From contig CALVTJ010000003.1 in NCBI GenBank assembly GCA_944362545.1, positions 54,006 to 118,005 on the forward strand: 64,000 nucleotides of DNA. Direction: 5' to 3'. How positions within the stretch are numbered: the stretch's first letter is position 1; each line of letters begins with the position of its first letter. A model generated the notes under the pieces. It was not told where the DNA came from. It saw only the letters and a list, made by a program, of their open reading frames with translations, and ran no database searches. Source of the stretch: an uncultured Clostridia bacterium. Its GTDB lineage: Bacteria; Bacillota; Clostridia; Christensenellales; UBA1242. A program made the translations under genes and the position numbers. Below, piece by piece: positions 1 to 7,875 of this stretch.

Positions 1-265
1 AAAAAATTTAGTGTCTTTTTGTCAAGGTATTCAGGAAGGAACTGCGGTTGACAGTTTTGTTAAACCAATTCCATATTCCACTCCGGGCTATCCACACGAA
101 GAAGTGATGGCAAGTGGAAGCTTTACTTCTGGCTCAACCATAGAACTTTCTTGTGATGGACCTTTGATGGAACCATTCTCTGTTTATATGCAGGGTGGAG
201 TGACTTATGAATATGGGAAACTTGGTATTTTGATTGGATTAAATAAAATTTTGAAAAATATTTGA
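1..265 (+). CDS. Methionine gamma-lyase family / aluminium-resistance (YnbB-like) protein, 3' part only
   Basis: C-terminal motifs FCQGIQ..VDSF..P..PGY..MASGSF.SGSTIELSCDGP..YMQGG match the YnbB/Alum_res family; frame is open to the window edge. Confidence 0.8.
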   Translation, partial: KNLVSFCQGIQEGTAVDSFVKPIPYSTPGYPHEEVMASGSFTSGSTIELSCDGPLMEPFSVYMQGGVTYEYGKLGILIGLNKILKNI

Positions 266-401
266 TGACTAATTATTGCCAAAAGTTGTATTTTTCATAT
301 TTTGAGTTTCTCTGTGCAAAAATGTTTGCCAAATGCACATCTTTTACTATATAATAAGGTTAGTTTAGGTGTTTTAACCTTATTAAACAAAAGGAGATTT
401 T

Positions 402-968
402 ATGAACGAAATGGTTGATGAAATTTTTTCAAACTGCAAGGCAGATTTGGAAAAAGCATATTTGCACCAACAAAACGAATATCTTGTTATTAGGGCGGGC
501 AGAGCCAATCCACACATTTTGGACAGAGTGATGGTGGAATATTATGGTGTTCCAACACCAATTGTTCAAATGGCAACTATCACAGTGTCTGAAGCAAGAA
601 TTTTGAACATCAGTGTTTGGGATGTGTCACAAATTAAGAATGTTGAAAAGGCAATTTCACAATCTGACATTGGTATCACTCCAACTGATGATGGCAGGAC
701 AATCAGGCTTGTTTTCCCACAACTCACTGAAGAGAGAAGAAAAGAAATTGTCAAAGAAGTCAGAAAAATCTGTGAAGAGACAAAAATTGCCATGAGAAAC
801 GTTCGTCGTGAGTCAATGGATATGCTCAAAGACATGAAAAAAGATGGAGAACTTTCAGAAGATGAATTTGCCACAAGTGAGAAGGAAGTTCAAAAACTCA
901 TTGACAAATATACCGGCATGGCAGATGACCTTGCTGACAAGAAAGAAACTGAAATCATGACAGTTTAA
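402..968 (+). CDS. frr: Ribosome recycling factor
   Basis: IRAGRANP..LD, YYG.PTP, P.LTEERRKE motifs; AAGGAG SD. Confidence 0.97.
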   Translation: MNEMVDEIFSNCKADLEKAYLHQQNEYLVIRAGRANPHILDRVMVEYYGVPTPIVQMATITVSEARILNISVWDVSQIKNVEKAISQSDIGITPTDDGRTIRLVFPQLTEERRKEIVKEVRKICEETKIAMRNVRRESMDMLKDMKKDGELSEDEFATSEKEVQKLIDKYTGMADDLADKKETEIMTV

Positions 969-999
969 CAAAAGACCGACACGAAATTTTTGGGTAAAT

Positions 1000-1707
1000 A
1001 TGTTTAAGAAAAAAAAGACAATTCAAAAAGTGCCTGTGCACATTGCCTTCATCATGGATGGCAACCGACGCTGGGCGACAAGGCGTGGACTTAACAAGAT
1101 GATTGGACACAAGCAAGGTGGCATTGCGCTCAAAAACATCATCAACACTCTTTGTGAAATTGATGGAATCAAATATGCTTCTTTTTTTGCCTTTTCGACT
1201 GAAAATTGGAAGAGAGAGCAAAAAGAAATTGATTATATCTTTGATGTGGCATACAATTTGGTGGAAGAAAACAAGGACAATTTCTATCAAAAGAACATTA
1301 AGTTTGTCGCGATGGGAGATATTTCGGTTTTTCCTGGTAAACTCAAAAACATCCTGATTGAAGCAATGGAAAAGACCAAAAATAACACCGGTCTTGTGGT
1401 CAATTTGGCAGTCAATTACGGCGGAAGAGATGATATCGTTCATGCTGTCAACACATTGATTGCAAATGGCGAAAAGCAGGTGACTGTGGAGAAAATAAAA
1501 GAAAATCTCTATTCAGCACCATCGCCGGATGTGGACCTTCTTGTGCGCACGAGTGGCGAAATGAGAGTGTCGAATTTTATGTTATTTCAAATGGCTTACA
1601 GCGAACTTTATTTTACCAAAACTTGTTGGCCGGATTTTGATAAAAAAGAATTGCAAAAAGCACTTGAAGAATATTCAAAACGAAACAGAAGATTTGGAGG
1701 ACAATAA
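1000..1707 (+). CDS. uppS: Undecaprenyl diphosphate synthase
   Basis: HIAFIMDGNRRWA, FSTENWKR, RTSGEMRVSNF motifs; follows frr. Confidence 0.97.
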   Translation: MFKKKKTIQKVPVHIAFIMDGNRRWATRRGLNKMIGHKQGGIALKNIINTLCEIDGIKYASFFAFSTENWKREQKEIDYIFDVAYNLVEENKDNFYQKNIKFVAMGDISVFPGKLKNILIEAMEKTKNNTGLVVNLAVNYGGRDDIVHAVNTLIANGEKQVTVEKIKENLYSAPSPDVDLLVRTSGEMRVSNFMLFQMAYSELYFTKTCWPDFDKKELQKALEEYSKRNRRFGGQ

Positions 1708-2681
1708 TGAAAAAAAGGATTTTTACTTCGATTGCAATAGTCATTGTTTTGGCACTGTTGTTTGTGTTGAAAATTTATGTAAGTGACTACTTCTTTGATG
1801 CGTTTTTTGCAATCTTGGCTTGCATTGCTTGCTATGAAATGTCAAAACTGTTGAGCAAAATTGGAATGTTTAACTATCAATTTTTGGCTATTTTCTTTCC
1901 AGCACTTTTGTTGGCATCAAACTTGGTGGGAGTGTATTATGCCGGTGTGACCGAAAACTTTTTTTGGGTGCTTTACACACTCTTGATTGATGTTGGACTT
2001 ATGCTTGTTGTTTCACTTTTGGCTTTTCTCTTTGGACTTTGCCGAAAAAAGAAAGTGCTAAATGAAATGACTGTCAGAGGTGTTTCAAATATGTCTGTGA
2101 CAAAATTTTCCTTTAAAAAGGCGCTGAACACTCTTATCACATTTGTTTATCCAGCATTTTTGTTTTTATTCTTCATTTTCTTGAACCATTTTGCAGAAAT
2201 GCCACTTTCAAAATTGAGTGCTGTCCATGATAGTGTGCCGGTTGTGGTTTCGGTTTTTGCACTTGTGACTGCAATTATAATTCCAATGTTTACTGACACG
2301 TTTGCCATGTTGACAGGGTCGCTTATTGGTGGCAAAAAGTTATGCCCAAAAATCAGCCCTGCAAAGACAATTTCCGGCGCTGTTGGTGGCGTGCTTTGGA
2401 CAGTGTTGTTTGGTGCTTGTGTTTATCTTTTGTTTGGATGCGTGGAATCTTTTGAACCTTTCATGCAGGTCTTTCCAATTTGGGCTTATCTTCTTGTGGT
2501 GCTTCTTGGAAGTGTTGTCGCACAGTGTGGCGACCTTTTGGAATCTGTTATCAAAAGGCGGGCAGGTGTTAAGGACAGCGGAAAAATTTTGCCTGGACAA
2601 GGTGGAATAATGGACAGAATTGACTCTTACATTTTCATGGCGCCATTTATTTTGATTGCTCTTTGGATTTTTGCCATTTAA
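1707..2681 (+). CDS. cdsA: Phosphatidate cytidylyltransferase
   Basis: Multi-TM protein with KISP.KT, GDLLES..KR.AGVKDSG..LPGQGGIMDRIDS; follows uppS. Confidence 0.92.
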   Translation: MKKRIFTSIAIVIVLALLFVLKIYVSDYFFDAFFAILACIACYEMSKLLSKIGMFNYQFLAIFFPALLLASNLVGVYYAGVTENFFWVLYTLLIDVGLMLVVSLLAFLFGLCRKKKVLNEMTVRGVSNMSVTKFSFKKALNTLITFVYPAFLFLFFIFLNHFAEMPLSKLSAVHDSVPVVVSVFALVTAIIIPMFTDTFAMLTGSLIGGKKLCPKISPAKTISGAVGGVLWTVLFGACVYLLFGCVESFEPFMQVFPIWAYLLVVLLGSVVAQCGDLLESVIKRRAGVKDSGKILPGQGGIMDRIDSYIFMAPFILIALWIFAI

Positions 2682-2716
2682 CAAATGACCAACACTGAAT
2701 TTTAAGGAACATCATT

Positions 2717-3823
2717 ATGATATTTTGGTATATTTTGCTTGCCATTGCCATTCTGCTTCTTATGGTGCTCATTCATGAGTTTGGGCATTATGTTGTCGGC
2801 AAAATTTTGAAGTTTAAGATAACCGAATTTTCCATTGGTTTTGGTTTTCCTATCTTCTCTAAGACAAACAAAAAAACGGGAGAAAAATTTTCTCTTCGTA
2901 TTTTTCCATTGGGCGGTTATTGTGCTTTTGATGGCGAAGAAGATGGCGAGTCAACATCGCCGACTGCTTTCAATAATCAAAAACCTTGGAAGCGCATTTT
3001 GGTGTTTTTTGCCGGTGTGACAGCAAATTTTATCACTGCCATCATTTTTTCGTGGGTGCTTTTGTGCACGATAGGCTATGATGTTCCACAGATTGCCAGA
3101 TTTGATACCACAAACTATCTCAATCCATATGAAGTAGGCGATGTGATTGTTGCCATTGATGGACAAAAAATTGATTTTGCTTTTGGTGAAAATTTTGTTC
3201 CGCTTGTAAATGAACAGAAGGTTTTGGCGCAAGACTATTATGAAGAAAACGGGGTGGACACACAAGACAAATATACCTTTGACATGTCAGTCAAGCGTGA
3301 TGGGGAAACGGTCAATTTGACAATTGTGGTCTATCCTGTTGTGCAGAGCAACGATGATGGAACGGAATATATAAATTGCATGATTGGTTTGGAATCTGCT
3401 GAAGGGGAAGAGCCTTGCACTGTTGCCTATGTCTATGATGCGTGGTCGGGTTTTTGTCGCTCATTTGAAATGGCATTTGGTTTTGCGTGGGTGGTTTTGA
3501 AGAGTTTGTGGATGCTCATCACCTTTCAACTTCCAATTTCACAAATGGGCGGAACGATTGCCACAATTTCCGCCATTGCGACATATGCTTCAGAGAGTTT
3601 GTCAACGCTTTTGGTGTTGATTCCTGCTATTGCGGCAAACTTGGCGGTGTTCAACATTCTGCCATTTCCGGCACTTGATGGCTCTCATGTGTTGTTTACA
3701 TTGATTGAATGGATAAGGGGCAAGCCAATCAACAGAAAGGTGGAAAACATGATTCACACTGTCGGCATTTGCGTTTTGTTTGCATTTGTCATCATTGTTG
3801 ACATTTTGCATTTTGTTTTGTAA
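2717..3823 (+). CDS. rseP: RIP metalloprotease RseP (M50 family)
   Basis: HEFGH zinc motif, PLGGY, NILPFPALDG, PDZ-like middle region. Confidence 0.95.
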   Translation: MIFWYILLAIAILLLMVLIHEFGHYVVGKILKFKITEFSIGFGFPIFSKTNKKTGEKFSLRIFPLGGYCAFDGEEDGESTSPTAFNNQKPWKRILVFFAGVTANFITAIIFSWVLLCTIGYDVPQIARFDTTNYLNPYEVGDVIVAIDGQKIDFAFGENFVPLVNEQKVLAQDYYEENGVDTQDKYTFDMSVKRDGETVNLTIVVYPVVQSNDDGTEYINCMIGLESAEGEEPCTVAYVYDAWSGFCRSFEMAFGFAWVVLKSLWMLITFQLPISQMGGTIATISAIATYASESLSTLLVLIPAIAANLAVFNILPFPALDGSHVLFTLIEWIRGKPINRKVENMIHTVGICVLFAFVIIVDILHFVL

Positions 3824-3846
3824 AGTCTGCATTTGCGGACTTTTTT
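3822..3846 (+). terminator. Intrinsic terminator after rseP
   Basis: AAAGTCTGCA-TT-TGCGGACTTT stem followed by a T-run. Confidence 0.7.
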
Positions 3847-3847
3847 C

Positions 3848-3876
3848 TTGACAAAACTTTAGGGATATTTTAGAAT
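3848..3876 (+). promoter_or_regulatory. sigmaA promoter of the PolC-like gene (probably leaderless)
   Basis: TTGACA(3848)-17 bp-TAGAAT(3871); ATG 6 nt downstream, no SD. Confidence 0.7.
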
Positions 3877-3882
3877 TATAGC

Positions 3883-5418
3883 ATGAATTTCGGAGAAGAA
3901 TTTTCTGCCAGGTTTGGCGACAAATATCAGTTTTTGGAACTCAAAGAAGTGGAAGCAAACAAAAAAAACGGAGTTTGCATTGTGACTTTTTTGTATCCTT
4001 CAACGCTGAAAGAACTTTCGACCGAAGAGAAAAATGAAATTATTTTATGGTTGAAAGAAAATTTGAAACTTGAAAAATTGACACTGAAAGTCAAGTTTAT
4101 GCGTGCTTTTGTTGAAGAAAAATTGATAAGAAAAACAATTCATGAATTTTTTGAGAACAGATATAAACTTGTAAATACCTATCTTGCTGACCGTGACATT
4201 TCGGTCAAAATCACAGAGATAGATGTTGTGGTAGAAATTGAAGTTAGCACAAGACTGAACAAATATTTTGAAGAACACAAAATTGTAAACGAACTTGCAA
4301 AACATTTGAAAGACAACTTTCTTGTCGATTTTTTGGTGACAGTAAAAGAAAATGCTGAATTTGTCGATGATGTTGACATTGAAAATGTGGAGATAAAAGC
4401 AAGATATAATGTTCCAAAAAGATATAAGGTAGAGATTGTCAAAAATGTAGTTGGCAAGGATATTATTCCAAGTCCGGAATACATAAATTTTGTCAAATCT
4501 CCGAAAAAGTCGGTCATTATTGCTGGATTTATCAAAAAGATAGAACGCCGTGAATTTGTCATGAAAAAGGGCAAGAAAGCCGGTCAACCAAGGACTTATT
4601 TTACTATGCAAATTGCCGATGGAAAAGGTAAAATGGATTGCGTTTATTTCAGTTCAAAGTCAAATGTTGCGGTTATGGATGCACTTGAAGAATATATGTA
4701 TATTTTGCTTCAAGGGGATGTTAAACTCAACAATTTGGGGAAACTAAGCATGATTGTGCAAAAGATTGCACTTGCAAATCAGGTAGAACAGGAAGAAGAA
4801 ACCAAAACAAATATACAAACTGCCGAGCCTGTGGTTAAGGTGGAAAAACTCACTGCACTCGAACAGGACAACATGTTTGGTCAACATGTGAGATACAGCC
4901 AAAAGATTATGAGCAAACCTATTGTTGTATTTGACTTTGAAACGACAGGTCTTTCGCCGGAAACCGACCAAATCATTGAAATTGGTGCGGTCAAGGTGGT
5001 AAGTGGAAACATTGTGGAAAAGTTTTCTTCGTTTGTAAGACCGACAATCAAACTTCCGCGCGACATAACGGAACTTACCGGCATCACTCAAGACATGGTG
5101 GAAGATGCTCCGCCGGCTGACCTTGTCATTCGCGATTTTTATAACTTCACGCGCGGTTGTGTGCTTAGCGGTTATAACATCATCAGATTTGATATGCTCT
5201 TTTTGAAGCGAGAAGGTGATAACATTGGGCTCGAATTTGACAATGATGTGATTGACACTTACAATGAAGCATTGGTGTCAAGACTTCATGTGACAAATTA
5301 CAAATTGGGCTCGGTGGCAAAATATTTAGGCATTTCCTTGGAAGGAGCGCACAGAGCATGGAATGATGCCTATGCGACCGCTCAGGTGCTTTTAAAACTC
5401 AATGAAGTTAAAAAATAA
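3883..5418 (+). CDS. PolC-derived 3'-5' exonuclease (PolC NTD + OB fold + DEDDh exonuclease; no PHP or polymerase core)
   Basis: Occupies the polC position (rseP-X-rimP); OB-like region at about aa 190-300; ExoI DFETTG, ExoII GYNIIRFD, ExoIII HRAWNDA; stops at 511 aa. Confidence 0.85.
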   Translation: MNFGEEFSARFGDKYQFLELKEVEANKKNGVCIVTFLYPSTLKELSTEEKNEIILWLKENLKLEKLTLKVKFMRAFVEEKLIRKTIHEFFENRYKLVNTYLADRDISVKITEIDVVVEIEVSTRLNKYFEEHKIVNELAKHLKDNFLVDFLVTVKENAEFVDDVDIENVEIKARYNVPKRYKVEIVKNVVGKDIIPSPEYINFVKSPKKSVIIAGFIKKIERREFVMKKGKKAGQPRTYFTMQIADGKGKMDCVYFSSKSNVAVMDALEEYMYILLQGDVKLNNLGKLSMIVQKIALANQVEQEEETKTNIQTAEPVVKVEKLTALEQDNMFGQHVRYSQKIMSKPIVVFDFETTGLSPETDQIIEIGAVKVVSGNIVEKFSSFVRPTIKLPRDITELTGITQDMVEDAPPADLVIRDFYNFTRGCVLSGYNIIRFDMLFLKREGDNIGLEFDNDVIDTYNEALVSRLHVTNYKLGSVAKYLGISLEGAHRAWNDAYATAQVLLKLNEVKK

Positions 5419-5534
5419 AACCAATTTTTGAAAAATTTTCTGCTTATTGTTCAAATTTTGACATTGAAAACAAAAAAATTTTCTCAAAAATCTTAAAAAA
5501 TAGAGATTTCGGCGTAAAAAAGTGTGAAAAAGTG

Positions 5535-5563
5535 TTGATTTTTCCGGTTCTATAGGCTATAAT
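5535..5563 (+). promoter_or_regulatory. sigmaA promoter of the rimP-nusA-infB operon
   Basis: TTGATT-17 bp-TATAAT. Confidence 0.65.
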
Positions 5564-5580
5564 AATTATATCTTGACAAG

Positions 5581-5608
5581 GAGTGGGCAAATCTTTTGCT
5601 CACTCTTT
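5581..5608 (+). promoter_or_regulatory. rimP leader hairpin (GAGTGGG...CACTC-TTT attenuator-like element typical of Bacillota)
   Basis: GAGTGGGCAAA-tct-TTTGCTCACTC-TTT between the promoter and the rimP SD. Confidence 0.65.
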
Positions 5609-5638
5609 GTGTTAAGTAGGCATTTTTTGGAGGTTTAA

Positions 5639-6097
5639 ATGGCAAAAGTAAAGCAAATTTGCGAAGAAAAACTGAGACCTGTCATTGAGCAGATGGGTTA
5701 TGACCTTGTCGATGTCAACTATGTGAAAGAAAATGGCGGAATGTCACTTATCTTCACAATTGACAAAGATGGTGGAGTTGGTGTGGATGATTGCGAAGTG
5801 GTAAACAAAACACTCGACCCGCTTCTTGATGAACTCAATCCAACCGATGACAAGCCTTACACATTGGTGGTAAGTTCTCCTGGACTTGACAGACCGCTCA
5901 AAACCGACCGTGATTTAAGAAGACATTTAAAAGAAGAGGTGGATGTCACGCTCTTTGCCAAACTTGATGGCAAAAAGGTTTTCACTGGTGTGCTTGAAAA
6001 ATTTGATGAAAAAAGCATAACGCTGAAAACTGACAAAAGTGAAGTTGTTTTAGACCGAGAAAAAATTGCTTCAATCAAACTTGTGATTAAATTTTAA
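5639..6097 (+). CDS. rimP: Ribosome maturation factor RimP
   Basis: IDK.GGV..DDC, VSSPGLDRPL; precedes nusA. Confidence 0.96.
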   Translation: MAKVKQICEEKLRPVIEQMGYDLVDVNYVKENGGMSLIFTIDKDGGVGVDDCEVVNKTLDPLLDELNPTDDKPYTLVVSSPGLDRPLKTDRDLRRHLKEEVDVTLFAKLDGKKVFTGVLEKFDEKSITLKTDKSEVVLDREKIASIKLVIKF

Positions 6098-6107
6098 GGA
6101 GTAAAAA

Positions 6108-7310
6108 ATGGTAAACAAAGATTTCTTTAAGGCACTTGATGACCTTGAAACTGAAAGAAAAATCAACAAAGAGGTGTTTATTCAAACACTTGAAACTGCT
6201 TTGACTTCCGCTTACAAAAAAATGTATGGAGAGGCAAAGTCGGCAATGGTAAAACTTTATCCAGAAAGAAATACAATAAGAATTTTCTCTTACAAAACGG
6301 TTGTGGATGAGGTTGAAGACAATGACAAGCAAATCTCTTTGCAAGATGCAAAGGAAATAAAAAAATCCTACAAAATTGGCGATATTGTGGCTGTTGAAGA
6401 ATCAACAAAGGACTTTGGAAGAATTGCTGCTCAAACTGCAAAGCAGGTCGTTATGCAAAAGTTGAAGGAAATTGAAAAACAGAATGCTCTCAGTGAACTT
6501 TCTGAAAAAGAAGATGAACTTTTGACAACGGTTGTAAAGCGTATTGATGGTGGAATTATTTATGTTCAAATTCCAAACACAAACACCGAAGGGGTGATGA
6601 TGCCAAGTGACCAAATCCCTGGCGACAACTTTCATGTTGGGGATAGAGTAAAGGTTTATGTAAAAAAGATTAGAGATTCTTATCATGGACCTCAAATTCA
6701 GGTTTCAAGAAGCAACATTGGTTTTGTGAGAAAACTTTTTGAACTTGAAATTCCTGAAGTGGCAAGCGGAGAAGTAAAGATCAAAAACATTGCTCGTGAT
6801 CCTGGCAAGAGAGCAAAAGTTGCTGTCTTTTCTGACAGACCAAATGTGGATGCAATTGGTGCGTGCGTTGGAAATCGTGGCACAAGAATCAACACTATTA
6901 TAAACGAACTTAACGGCGAAAAGATTGACCTTGTGGAATACTCTGATGACCCGCTTGAATATATTGCAAGAGCATTGAGTCCAGCGAAAGTTTTGTCAGT
7001 TGAAACAAATGACAGTTTGAATATGTCACAAGTGATTGTTCCTGATGACAAATTGTCACTTGCAATCGGCAAAGGTGGACAGAATGTTAGACTCGCAGCA
7101 AAATTGACAGGCTGGAAGATTGATGTTAAACCTGAAAGTTATATCAAACCAAAGACTGAAGTTGACAACACCGATGTGGATTATGAACTTACAGAACTTC
7201 CTGATGACACATCATTTGATATCGGAGATTTGGAAGAACTTGAACCACTTGAAGATGAGACAGATGAAACAAACGGCAGTTCCGAAACAACAGAAGACGA
7301 AAAAAAATAA
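6108..7310 (+). CDS. nusA: Transcription factor NusA
   Basis: FGRIAAQTAKQV, S1 and KH domains, AIGKGGQNVRLAAKLTGWKID; acidic tail. Confidence 0.98.
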   Translation: MVNKDFFKALDDLETERKINKEVFIQTLETALTSAYKKMYGEAKSAMVKLYPERNTIRIFSYKTVVDEVEDNDKQISLQDAKEIKKSYKIGDIVAVEESTKDFGRIAAQTAKQVVMQKLKEIEKQNALSELSEKEDELLTTVVKRIDGGIIYVQIPNTNTEGVMMPSDQIPGDNFHVGDRVKVYVKKIRDSYHGPQIQVSRSNIGFVRKLFELEIPEVASGEVKIKNIARDPGKRAKVAVFSDRPNVDAIGACVGNRGTRINTIINELNGEKIDLVEYSDDPLEYIARALSPAKVLSVETNDSLNMSQVIVPDDKLSLAIGKGGQNVRLAAKLTGWKIDVKPESYIKPKTEVDNTDVDYELTELPDDTSFDIGDLEELEPLEDETDETNGSSETTEDEKK

Positions 7311-7324
7311 AGTGAGGTTTGTTT

Positions 7325-7594
7325 ATGCAAAATAAACCAAAAGAAAAGATAAGAATGTGCATTGTTTGCCGTGGGCAGAGTGATAAAAAGACTTTGCTTA
7401 GAATTGTTAAAAACAAAGATGGAGAAATCTTTGTTGACAAAACGGGCAAGGCAAACGGCAGAGGTGCATATGTTTGCAAATCAAAGGAATGTTATCAAAA
7501 ACTTTGCAAACAAAAAGCCCTCAACCGCGCCTTTAAGTGCGATGTTCCTCAAAGCGTTTATGAAATGATTGGAGAAGAAATTGAACAATGTTAA
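7325..7594 (+). CDS. ylxR: YlxR/RnpM RNA-binding protein
   Basis: RMCIVCR..K..LLRIV, GRGAYVC; follows nusA. Confidence 0.93.
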   Translation: MQNKPKEKIRMCIVCRGQSDKKTLLRIVKNKDGEIFVDKTGKANGRGAYVCKSKECYQKLCKQKALNRAFKCDVPQSVYEMIGEEIEQC

Positions 7595-7871
7595 CGGACT
7601 TTTGTCAATAGCAAGAAAGGCGGGTTATGTCATTATTGGGCAGGACAATTTGACTGATTACAAGAAAAAACTTTATCTTGTCCTGATGGACAAAAACGCT
7701 GGAAACTCGCTTTCTAGAGAAATGCACTTTCTTGCAAAAAAGAACAATATTCCACTTTTGCAGGTGGAAGATTTAGAAAAACTTGTTTCTATCAAAAATT
7801 GCAAAGCAGTTGGCATCAAAAACAAAGCCATAAGCGACAAAATTATTGAAAGTTTGAAAAAAGGAGAATAA
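7581..7871 (+). CDS. ylxQ: L7Ae-family RNA-binding protein YlxQ
   Basis: LLSIARKAG...G motif; TTG start after GGAG; between ylxR and infB. Confidence 0.8.
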   Translation: MNNVNGLLSIARKAGYVIIGQDNLTDYKKKLYLVLMDKNAGNSLSREMHFLAKKNNIPLLQVEDLEKLVSIKNCKAVGIKNKAISDKIIESLKKGE

Positions 7872-7875
7872 CAAT

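Noticed and set aside
2590-2630. CdsA motif PGQGG instead of PGHGG
   Set aside because: Single substitution with the catalytic aspartates intact; not enough to infer altered function
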